64,000 nucleotides of DNA from Eledone cirrhosa (taxonomy: Eukaryota), in contig OZ024761.1 of assembly GCA_964016885.1 (NCBI GenBank), positions 19,778,001 to 19,842,000 of the forward strand, written 5' to 3'. A program made the translations under genes and the position numbers. Shown here one piece after another: positions 52,912 to 64,000 of this stretch. Numbering within the stretch: the stretch's first letter is position 1; each line of letters begins with the position of its first letter. Under the pieces are notes generated by a model that was not told the origin of the DNA, made no database searches, and saw nothing but the letters and a program-made list of their open reading frames with translations.

Positions 52912-54039
52912 CTAAAGAAAGAAAAAGAAAGAAAGAATATTGAAATTAAATCACCATCATCATCATCATCATCATCATCATTATTATTATTATGCCTTTC
53001 ATCCTTACTGGGTCGATAAAATAAAGCACCAGTAATACACTGGGATCGATTTAATCGACTTTCCCCTTCCCCAAATTACTGGCCTTGTGCCTATACTAGA
53101 AATCATTATTATTATTATTATTATTATTATTCACAGGGCGGTGGATTGGCAGTATCGGTAGATGGTCGGACACCATGCTTGGCGGCACAGAGTTCTGGCC
53201 CTTTACGTTCGGTGTTAAATTCCCACCCCCTACCCCCCAGGTTAGCTTTGCCCTTTCATCCTTGCGTGGTTGGTGAAATAAAGTACCAGTCACGCACTGG
53301 GGTCGATTTAATTGACCCCCCCCCCCTCTCCTTCTTCCCAAATTGCTGGTCTTGTGCCTATAGTAGAAACCATTATTGCTATCATCATCATCATCATCAG
53401 TGTCATTGCCACCATCTCCCTCTTACACAGACAACCGCCACCATACCACCACTCTAACCAGCACAACCACCACCACCACCACCACCAGCACAACCACCAC
53501 CACCACCACCACCACCACAATAAACAGTAGATAATATCAACACTACTTCTGAATTATCAATAAATTATCTTATTTTATTGTGTGGTGTGTGGTGTGTGTG
53601 TGTGGTGTGTGTGGTGTGTGTATGGTGTGTGGTGTGTGTATGGTGTGTGTATGGTGTGTGTGTGGTGTATTCAGGTACTTCTGTTGTCGTAGTAACTATC
53701 AACACGACTTGTTCAGTTTTAGCTGCCACCACCACCACCACCACCACCACCACCACCATAACAACCACTGCCACCACCACCACCACCACAACGATTACAC
53801 CACTACCACTACAATCATCATGACAACCACCACCACCACCGTTGTTCATGGTAACTGCCTAGTGTCACCCCTGGTAACTAGATTATAAATCACATGATGT
53901 TTTATCATGCAGTTACAAAATGGTGGGGTGGATTGTTAAGGGTGGCCTAGGGTGCATGTGTACATGGTGATGGCTCCTCACTCGTCTTCCTAGAAATGAC
54001 AGTTAAATCTACCTCAAATCAAATACCTTATTTTATTTT

Positions 54040-54490
54040 TTTCAACCCCTTTGATACCAAACTGCCTGAGAGTGCCCCATCCCCCCCTGGTTTTATCATG
54101 CAAAGCTGTATTTTAAAGTGCTTATATTTATAAATCGGTAGAGCGTTGGACAACCATGCTTTGCAGCATAGTTAGGGTCCTTTACATTCCGAGTTCAAAT
54201 CCCACCGAGGTTAGCTTTGCCTCTCATCCTTACGGGGGTTGATAAAATAAAGTACCAGTAATGCTCTGGGGTTGATTTAATCGCCCCCCCCCCCCAAAAA
54301 AAAAAATTTGCTGGCCTTGTGCCTAAATTAGAAACCATTTACATCTAAAAAGAATTTTCCATCATAATTCTACATAAGAACCTTGGTTAAGTTATGTTCC
54401 AAACACCAAACCACCTGAAACTACTCCTGGTTTTAATAATACAAAACTTGGTAGTGTCTTTCATTAGAAATATGGTAATGAGAGGGTTAA
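54040..54490 (+). mobile_element. Second piggyBac-like MITE family with a nested SINE; related tandem fragments at 28580-29480 and 33380-33510
   Basis: Ends ..CAACCCCTTTGATACCA / TGGTAATGAGAGGGTTAA; the internal block GTTAAGTTATGTTCCAAACACCA is shared with the 28.7-29.4 kb copies. Confidence 0.6.
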
Positions 54491-54936
54491 TGACATAGGT
54501 AGTGTCTTTCATTAGAAATATGGTAACGAGAAGGTTAATGACATAGGTAGTGTCTTTCATTAGAAATATGGTAACGAGAAGGTTAATGACATAGATAGTA
54601 TCTTTCATTAGAAATATTGTAACGAGGGGGTTAATGACATAGGTAGTGTCTTTCATTAGAAATATGGTAATAAAAGGGTTAATGACATAGGTAGTATCTT
54701 TCATTAGAAATATGGTAACGAGGGGGTTAATGACATAGGTAGTATCTTTCATTAGAAATATGGTAACGAGGGGGTTAATGACATAGGTAGTGTCTTTCAT
54801 TAGAAATATGGTAACGAGGGGGTTAATGACATAGGTAGTGTCTTTCATTAGAAATATGGTAACGAGAGGGTTAATGACATCGGTAGTGTCTTTCATTAGA
54901 AATATGGTAACGAGGGGGTTAATGACAGGTAGTGTT
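54447..54936. repeat. 48-bp minisatellite, about 10 copies
   Basis: Unit TGACATAGGTAGTGTCTTTCATTAGAAATATGGTAACGAGGGGGTTAA. Confidence 0.95.
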
Positions 54937-55020
54937 TTCAGACCTACCAAGTTCAACCTGCTATTCATCCTTCAGGGGAGAAAGAGGGGGAGGGGTTCAA
55001 TAAAATATACTTGTCAAGTA

Positions 55021-55315
55021 AGGGACTGCAGATTGTATGTGTTATAAGGGGCTGCAAATTGTATATGTTATAAGGGACTGCGAATTGTATATGTTATAAG
55101 GGACTGCAGATTGTATGTGTTATAAGGGGCCGCGAATTGTATATGTTATAAGGGACTGCAGATTGTATGTGTTATAAGGGGCTGCGAATTGTATATGTTA
55201 TAAGGGACTGCAGATTGTATGTGTTATAAGGGGCCGCGAATTGTATATGTTATAAGGGACTGCGAGTTGCATGTGTTATATGGGGCCGCGAGTTGTATGT
55301 ATTATAAGGGGCCAC
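55021..55315. repeat. 26-bp minisatellite, about 11 copies
   Basis: Unit AGGG(A/G)C(T/C)GC(A/G)(A/G)ATTGTAT(A/G)TGTTATA. Confidence 0.93.
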
Positions 55316-55351
55316 ATGTATTAGTGCAAAGTGCTGGGATATCTTACTTAC

Positions 55352-55555
55352 CATACATTAATTGCTGAAGTTCCTCATAGAGAATGTCGGCTACGATTTT
55401 GTTTTGCAAACGAATACGAAGTTGCTCGCGGCTCATTGCACACATGATAGAGCCAGGCATGTTGAGCCGATGGACAATATCAAACGGGAGATTATGGAAA
55501 TCCAATTTGTAAATGATCCACGAGTAAATTTCATTTTCTGACCAATTGCGTGGAT
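55352..55555 (-). CDS. SPDEF: SPDEF internal exon encoding the PNT (SAM/Pointed) domain
   Basis: 204 nt, (D)PRNWSENEIYSWIIYKLDFHNLPFDIVHRLNMPGSIMCAMSREQLRIRLQNKIVADILYEELQQLMY, matching the PNT pattern DPxxWS..W..G..LCxMS.E..DILY..L. Acceptor atatag and donor GTAAGT; phase 1/1. Confidence 0.88.
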
Positions 55556-56225
55556 CTATATAAAATTAGGTAGGGTGGTGATGGTGAGGTGAAGGGTGTA
55601 GTAGTAACCAGGGAGTGTAAGGAGTGGAGTAAGGGTGAAGGCGTGGTGAAAAAAAAAAGAAAAGAAAAGAAAATTTAAACTCAAGCAAAATAAAAAATAA
55701 AAAAATACAGCTACTACTATTACTACATGTTTTAAGACCTTGCTGAAGGAGGGGTAGGATCAGCTGTGTCATAAAAACTTGACACGTTATCATATACTCA
55801 TTACAGGGCCCCTTTTTTAGGCTGTGTTTTACAGATGGATGTTTTTCCTTACGCTGAGCCTTTTACTTATCACTTAACTAAATCTTATTTTTAAAATATA
55901 ATACAAAAAAAAAAAAAAAGGGCTAAATTCTAGAGGCTTGAATAACCTGGAGGAATATTAAAGACCCCTGCCTCCACCCCCCAAAAAGTACCCTGCACTA
56001 GGGGCAAGATTTGAACTCAACCTAATGGGAATTCAAGATTGAACTGTGTCTTGTATTTAGATAAATAAATCTTATTTAGAACTCCTTAACCAAGTTGATT
56101 ATATCACCCCAGCCCCACTCCATTCTTAAATTTGTACTTTATTTTATCTGGAGAGAATGAGAGACAACATTGACATTGGTGGGATTTGAACTTAAAACAT
56201 AGACAAGCAATCTACTGGGGAGAAA

Positions 56226-56437
56226 TACGAGGGTCTGCTGAAAAGTTCATAGGCTGACCAAGATACTCTCATGGAATGACCAAATGAGGTTTATTTTTCA
56301 ACATAGTCTCTGTTAAAAAAAAACAATCAATGTAGTTATTAATAAGAAGAGTTGAAATTAATGCTTGCAAGATTTCACAGCTCTAACATCATTCCTTCAG
56401 AAGTCGGCCTATGAACTTTTTCAGCCCGACCCTTGTA
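56226..56437. mobile_element. Mariner-derived MITE
   Basis: ~30-bp TIRs TA-CGAGGGTCTGCTGAAAAGTTCATAGGCTGAC / GTCGGCCTATGAACTTTTTCAGCCCGACCCTTG-TA; retains the transposase end DYVEK* on the minus strand. Confidence 0.82.
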
Positions 56438-56823
56438 CTTTTGGAGAGGACACACACACACACATATTTAAAGAAAATCAATATAGTAGAAATAGAAGCT
56501 TTCGCTGTATTTTTGACTAAAGAAATTTTAGCCTGATAGTGGTGGGGTTTAAACCCCCTAAGAAATGGAAAAGGATGAGTATTGACGTACTCATCCATTT
56601 CCATTTTTTTAGAGGGTTCTAAACCCCACTATCAGGCTAAAATTTCTTTAGTCAAAAACTCATCCATTTCCATTTTTTTAGAGGGTTCTAAACCCCACTA
56701 TCAGGCTAAAATTTCTTTAGTCAAATATACGGGGAAAGCTTCTAATTCTACTAAATTTCAAACTTCGCTATTTCAAAACAAACTTAAAAGCAATTACAAT
56801 ATGAGATGGGAACCTCAACTTAC

Positions 56824-57073
56824 CTGCTTTAGACATGTTGGTATCACAGTTTAAAAGTAATTCTTTAGGGGCCACTTTGATGTCATCAAGGTTGAGAATT
56901 TCACTACAGTTGTCATTCATGAAATGATGTTCATGATCATGCCCGTTGACGGGGTTAACACACTGCGGCATTAAGGGGTCCATCAACAGCTCCCTGTAGG
57001 AATCACTGAGTAAACAATTGTTTTCGGACGAGGTGAGAGTGGGCTCGATTTTAACAGGGTACGGCGAGAGAAC
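56824..57073 (-). CDS. SPDEF: SPDEF internal exon (N-terminal region before PNT)
   Basis: 250 nt, VLSPYPVKIEPTLTSSENNC..LNCDTNMSKA. Acceptor cccttccag and donor GTAAGT; phase 0/1; the split codon G+AT gives the Asp of DPRNW. Confidence 0.83.
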
Positions 57074-57112
57074 CTGGAAGGGAGAAACAAAACAAAACAA
57101 ATTCATAAGAGA

Positions 57113-57152
<40 letters not shown>

Positions 57153-57855
57153 GTGGAGATGAGAATGACGGTGGTGGTGATGTCAATGGTAGGGATGATG
57201 GTGATGAGAATGGTGGTAGGGATGACAATGATGGTGGTGGTTGTGATGGTGATGATGACAATGGCAATGATGATGGTGATGAGAATGGTGGTGGTGGTGG
57301 AGATGTCAATGGTAGGGATGATGGTGATGAGAATGGTGGTAGGGATGACAATGATGATGGTGATGGTGATGGTGATGATGACAATGGCAATGATGATGGT
57401 GATGAGAATGGTGGTGGTGGTGGAGATGAGAATGACGGTAGTGGTGATGATGTCAATGGTAGGGTTGATGGTGATGAGAATGGTGGTGGTGATGGTAACT
57501 TCTTACATAGTCACAAGGACAGAAAGACTAGTTTGATTCAGAATTTACATTGCTCTATATATACCATTGTATTTTGTGGTAAAGGCTTTACCTTACATAA
57601 TTATCTCACATAATATCGAATATATGAGATTTTGATATTATTTATTTTGAGAACAATATCTTAACATCAGTATGAGCAACAAGTTATGGCTGGTTTGGAC
57701 AGAAAGAGGTAAGAGATTTCTTGCCGAATACGGCTGATTTAAATGCTAAAACCTGTATTTGAGTAATAGTAGTAATAGTAGTGAGAGTAGTAGTAGTGGT
57801 AGTAGTGAGGTGAAAAGCCAAAGAACTACACCGTGATCTAGCACGTGATACATAC

Positions 57856-57947
57856 CGGGTCAGAGGTCAGGAAGGTGTCTGGACCTAAATCAAGACCATC
57901 ATTATGTCCATGGGTTAATGACTGATAGAGATCAATAGCATGAAAAC
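57856..57947 (-). CDS. SPDEF: SPDEF internal exon (most 5' exon identified)
   Basis: 92 nt, FHAIDLYQSLTHGHNDGLDLGPDTFLTSDP. Acceptor ttcttccag and donor GTATGT; phase 1/0 fits the next exon. An upstream exon is required but was not found. Confidence 0.7.
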
Positions 57948-59076
57948 CTGGAAGAAACAAAATAATAATTATTGATAAATTACTTGGAGGTGCCCTCAGC
58001 TGGGCTTTTTAGATTTAGGATGGTTAGAAGTTTTGAATTTAATACCTGTATGTACAACTTTTCAATTTCAATCACATAATATTGAATCTATGAGATTTTG
58101 ATATTTACTTTAACATTATGGCCATGTAGGTAACATGGTAAAAACCTCCCAGTCCACACTGTAAACGTGGTTGGTGTTAGGAAGGGCATCCAGCCGTAGA
58201 AAACCCGCCAGACAGTCCTATACGAGCAAGACAACCAATCTTGCCTCAAGTAGGAAAATTCCCGTCCCAACCCATGCAAGCGTGGAAGATGGACGTTAAA
58301 CGATGGTGATGATGATTAATACTTTAACATAAGTATGAGCAACCGCTAACAGCCGGTTTGAATAGAAAGAAGTGAGAGAATTCTGGCTGGATACGACAGG
58401 TTTAATGAAGAAAGAAAGGCCTTGCATTGGACCAATCCCATTCTCTAAACCAGGGGGTGTGCAACATATTCCATTGGCGGGCCACTTTTGAACAACTATT
58501 AGGGCCATTAATATTTATTAAGCACTATTCCATAGACTCACCACAACTTCTTTCCATAACATGGAACTGGGAAATTATAACACACATAACCCTATCAGTG
58601 AAGCCCTTTAGTATAGGTCAACTAACAGAAAATTGTATTTCGGTTACAAAAAAAATTCTAAATAAGCCTACAAGGTAAAAATTAAAAACGGTCATTTAAA
58701 TACTTCTATAACGATCATACAGTACCGTTTTATGAAATCGATTCTGCAGTAGAATTTTACGAAATGCCAAACCGAAAAAGGTCACTGTTTTCTAACAAAA
58801 GAAATAAAACCCTTACATTGCGAACCCCCTGTTCTAATACTGGGGTTAGTTATTTCCCCCTAGTATATGCCCCAAGTGCATATTTCTTTTTTTTTTTCCT
58901 GAAACTGCTTCTTTATAATAAACTTTCAATAATATTTTTCAAATTATTAACTTAATAAAACCGGGCTCAGCTGCTAGTATATATATATATACGTAAAAGG
59001 TAAACAGAAATAACACAATTGGTACAGTATATGGAAGGAATAAATCAGGTTAACATTTGAAATAGCAGGAAGAGGG

Positions 59077-59112
59077 TCTTAACGTTTCAGACGTCAGTCC
59101 TTCATCAGAAGA
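59077..59112 (-). ncRNA. Minimal Penelope-type hammerhead motif with palindromic stem III
   Basis: TCTT-CTGATGA-AGG ACTGACG TCT-GAAA-CG-TT-AAGA (AACGTT palindrome). Confidence 0.6.
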
Positions 59113-60809
59113 AAGAATAAGAAATAAGATAGATTGAAGGGACGGGTGGGGTGGAATTGGAAATGTTTTTAGATAAAAATAACAGGTCCATTCATGTTGA
59201 TATTTCTTGGAGATAAAATGATGATGATGATATATATAACTCATGCTAGCATGGAAGATGGACATTAAACGATGATGATATATATATACACACATACATT
59301 ATCAATATACATAATATATAAATACATTAATATATATGCAACATATGTATATATATATATATATATATATAAGTATTTATATATGTCCCCATATGATACC
59401 AAATGTCCAAGTGGCCCATACTGTTATGTAATCACACCGTCAGCCCATCAGAAAACCCTTTAGCATTTAAACCGGCTATATCCGACCAGAATTCTCTCAC
59501 CTGTTTCTGTTGAAACCGGCCATAACTGGCCGCTCATACTGATGTTAAGGTATTGACCTCAAAATAAATAATATCAAAATCTCATAGATTCGATATTATG
59601 TGTTTACCATGAAAATACAATAGTAAACATTGTTTAATGTCTATCTTCCACGCTAGCATGGGTTAGACAATATAGAGTAATGTAAATGCTAAAGTCTTGT
59701 CACACGTGGAGAGGAGATTTAATTGCTCTAAATTAAATGACTTGCTTTGTTGTAGTACTTCCCAACCAGCAATTTTGCTTAAAAAGGAGGAGGGAGCCAA
59801 TCCAATACTCCAATCCTCAAATTAAACCAAGGAAACAATATTTCCTTTGGTCTTTCCATTTCTCATACTATATGTCGGTCACACACCCTGGCAGAACAAA
59901 GGAGTTTGATGATCAGATCAGACCAAGGAAACCATGTTTTTGTTGGTCTTTCCATTACTAATATCATTTATCAGATTGGACTATGGAAACGATATTTCCT
60001 TTGGTCTTTCCATTGCTGATACTGTCTGTTGGTCAGTCACAACTCCTGACAAAAAGTAAGGAGCTAATTACCCTACTGTCTTTAACCTTTTAGCATTTAA
60101 ACCAGCCATATCCAGCCAGAATTCTCTCACGTTTCTGTTCAAACCGGCTGTAACTGGCTGCTTATACTGATGTTAAGGTATTGTCCTCAAAATCTCACAG
60201 ATTTGATATTATGTGAGATAAAGCCTTTACCATGAAAATATAATAGTATATAGAGAGTAATGTAAATGCTAAAGGGTTAAACAGGAAAAACACATTAGGT
60301 AATGTAATCACCATCATATCATCATTTAACGTGTTATTCTCTGCTGGCATGGGTTGGACACTGGTTGTTGGCTGTAAAAGGTATTGTATGGTGCCATAAA
60401 ACAGGCATGTCAAACAGAGTACCCCTAGGGCCACACATGACAACTAATTTTTTTTTTATTTTATATTGTGAAAATAAAACATGCTTGTGCTGTAAAAACC
60501 TTTGAGCGGGGTCGCAGGTGTGCTTGTAAAGAGCCATTTGACATGCCTGCCATAGATTTTTAACACCTAGTAGAGCCCATCTCCTCTCCAGGGCTGGATA
60601 TACCAGTACCACTACCACCTCCCTCTCCCACCCAATACTTATCTGTTTACCTGGAGGAGGGGGTTCGATTAACTGCTTCGATTAACTGCTTCGTGACAAT
60701 GGTGGGGAAGGGTGTGCATAGATACAGATCCTACTTCAGGTTGCTAGGTCACAATGGATGTGTGTGTACATATGTGTGTGTGTGTGTATGCATGTGTGTG
60801 TGTGTGTGC

Positions 60810-60841
<32 letters not shown>

Positions 60842-61375
60842 TAGTATATATATATATATATATGTGAACGACCAAGCATGGATGAGTTGAGAGAGAATCC
60901 TGTGTGTATAAGAGGGATAAGTTGTAGTGTGTGGGAGAGAAGACTGCGATGGTATGACATGTGATGAGCATGAAGGATGACCGCTGGGTAAAGAAGTGCC
61001 AAGAAATTCCAGTAAAGAAAGACCACGAAAAACATGGGCAGGTGGTGAAAACCAACCCTGTCGGCTGGTTTGGAGTGTTTGGCTAGACGCTACATCTCTC
61101 TGGTCAAGTTTTTTGTGGCCGCTTAATAGACCGAATGAAACTCCATCACAGAGAGTGTCAAATTACTCTCTCTCTCTCCCTCTATATATATATATATATA
61201 TATCATCATCATCATACATCCCTATCATCTCATTTTTACAGCTGAGTAAACTGGAGCAATGTGAAATAAAGTGTCTTGCTCAAGAAAACAACACATCACC
61301 CGGTCTGAGAATTGAACTTCTCACAACCTTTCGATTGCAAGGCCGATGCTCTTACCACTAAGCCATGTGCCTATA

Positions 61376-62221
61376 TCATCATCATTTTACGTCCGCCTTT
61401 CCCTGCCTGCAAGGGTGGGACGGGTCTTATTCAGCACAGCATCTCTCCACTCGTCAATTTATGCCAGTTCCTTTTCTGCATATCGAACTCTGATTCCCTG
61501 ACGGAATCAGAGTTTTGTCCTCTTTTCTACTCATCAACACTTTTGTCTTAGCTAGGTTCACTCTCAGTCCTCTTGCTTCCAACTGCTGTTTCCATAGCCA
61601 GAATTTATTCTCTAGCTCCTCTACTGATTCTGTTATAAGAACCAGATCGTCAGCATAGAGAAGTTCTCATGGGCATCCAGTCTCAAACTCCTCTGTTATG
61701 GCTTGGAGGACTATAATGAACAAGAGCGGGCTGAGGACCGAACCTTGATGTACTCCTACTTGTATCTGGAATTCCTCACTAAACTCCATTCCTACCCTGA
61801 CTTTACTGAGAGTACCTCTGTACAAAGTTTGCACTGTCCTCACAAGCCATTCCTCAACGCCTAGCTTCCTTAGGGACCACCAGATGACAGATCGAGATAC
61901 CCTATCAAAGGCCTTCTCTAGGTCAACAAAGGCTAAGTATAGTGGCTTATTTTTCTCTAAGAACCTCTCTTGCAATTGTCTCACCAAGAAGAGGGCATCT
62001 GTTGTACTCTTCCCAGGCACAAAACCAAACTGCATCTCATCTAGTTTGACCCTTTCTCTAATTAGTTGTGCTAATATCCTTTCTGCCACTTTCATAACCT
62101 GATCCATCAGTTTTATACCCCTATAATTGCTCCTCTCCAGAGCATCCCCTTTACCTTGGTAGAAATTTATGAGAATACTGCTGCACCAGTCTTTGGGTAT
62201 GACACCACCATATATAGCCCG
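61376..62221 (-). mobile_element. RTE family 1 copy, 5'-truncated, with an internal deletion of about 0.7 kb
   Basis: Nearly identical by eye to 22567-23333; then ..GGCATAAATT is joined directly to GACGAGTGGAGAG (about 24039 of the reference copy) and the 3' tail. Confidence 0.92.
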
Positions 62222-62244
62222 ATTCGAATGGAAGGAGACGGGAT

Positions 62245-62447
62245 GTGTATTGGTGTAATGGTAGCACAGTGGTCTGGATAACCAAAGATGTCGGTTCGAC
62301 TCCCGTGTACGGCAACACTCATCTTTTTCCATTTCTCCGAGGGTTATAAACCCCACTATCAGGCTAGAAAATTCTTTAGTCTAAAATACGGTGAAAGCTT
62401 ATAATTTCTAATTTCTAATTTCAAACTCGCGCACCGTTTCAAAAACA
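62245..62447 (+). mobile_element. Repeat with a tRNA-like head; its body recurs as an inverted and duplicated structure at 56484-56780
   Basis: A box TGGTGTAATGG and B box GGTTCGACTCC; downstream AAACCCCACTATCAGGCTA..GAAAGCTT is shared with 56590-56780. Confidence 0.6.
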
Positions 62448-62628
62448 TACATGTTTACGTTTATAATATATATATATATATTACCGGCAGTACTGATACA
62501 AAATCAAAATCATGTCAACTGTTGACTTTTCCCAGTGCAGTTCAGTTTTTATATAATAATAATTATTATTTGCTTTACGCTGGCAATGATGGTGGTGGTG
62601 GTGGTGGTGGTGGTGATGGTGGTGAATG

Positions 62629-62828
62629 NNNNNNNNNNNNNNNNNNNNNNNNNNNNNNNNNNNNNNNNNNNNNNNNNNNNNNNNNNNNNNNNNNNNNNNN
62701 NNNNNNNNNNNNNNNNNNNNNNNNNNNNNNNNNNNNNNNNNNNNNNNNNNNNNNNNNNNNNNNNNNNNNNNNNNNNNNNNNNNNNNNNNNNNNNNNNNNN
62801 NNNNNNNNNNNNNNNNNNNNNNNNNNNN
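62629..62828. other. Assembly gap (200 N)
   Basis: Run of N. Confidence 1.
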
Positions 62829-62963
<135 letters not shown>

Positions 62964-62965
62964 TG

Positions 62966-63107
<142 letters not shown>

Positions 63108-63114
63108 GTATATA

Positions 63115-63157
<43 letters not shown>

Positions 63158-63163
63158 TATATA

Positions 63164-63212
<49 letters not shown>

Positions 63213-63295
63213 GTATATATATATGTATATATATATGTATATATAGTATATATATGTATATATATATGTATATATATATAATGTATATATATATG

Positions 63296-63364
<69 letters not shown>

Positions 63365-63372
63365 TATATATG

Positions 63373-63623
<251 letters not shown>

Positions 63624-63632
63624 GTATATATG

Positions 63633-63994
<362 letters not shown>

Positions 63995-64000
63995 TATGTA

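Noticed and set aside
62245-62315. tRNA gene (also SINE heads at 1599-1670 and elsewhere)
   Set aside because: A/B boxes are present, but acceptor and anticodon stems pair poorly and the sequence continues into a repeat body.

Overview
AT-rich, repeat-dominated animal genomic DNA. The SINE/LINE repertoire suggests an octopus or other cephalopod (inference). One host gene is supported: a minus-strand SPDEF/PDEF (Ets98B-like) ETS transcription factor. Five frame-compatible GT-AG exons (57947 to 48129) encode a PNT/SAM domain and a C-terminal ETS domain; the 5' exon was not found. The rest is (TA)n, (GGT)n and (GAT)n microsatellite plus transposons: several RTE-clade LINE families (one young copy with an open RT ORF carrying an inserted C4HC3 PHD finger), Dong/R4-like and CR1-like LINE fragments, tRNA-headed SINEs, piggyBac-, hAT- and mariner-type MITEs, a solo LTR, and minisatellites derived from these elements. 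The most unusual signal is a set of short (TA)n-embedded repeats, probably termini of Penelope-like elements, that fold into hammerhead ribozymes. One family has a fixed non-canonical core (CAGAAGA), and several families form inverted duplications pivoting on the ribozyme. All folds and alignments were done by eye and none is tested; repeat boundaries are approximate. A 200-N assembly gap lies at 62629-62828.
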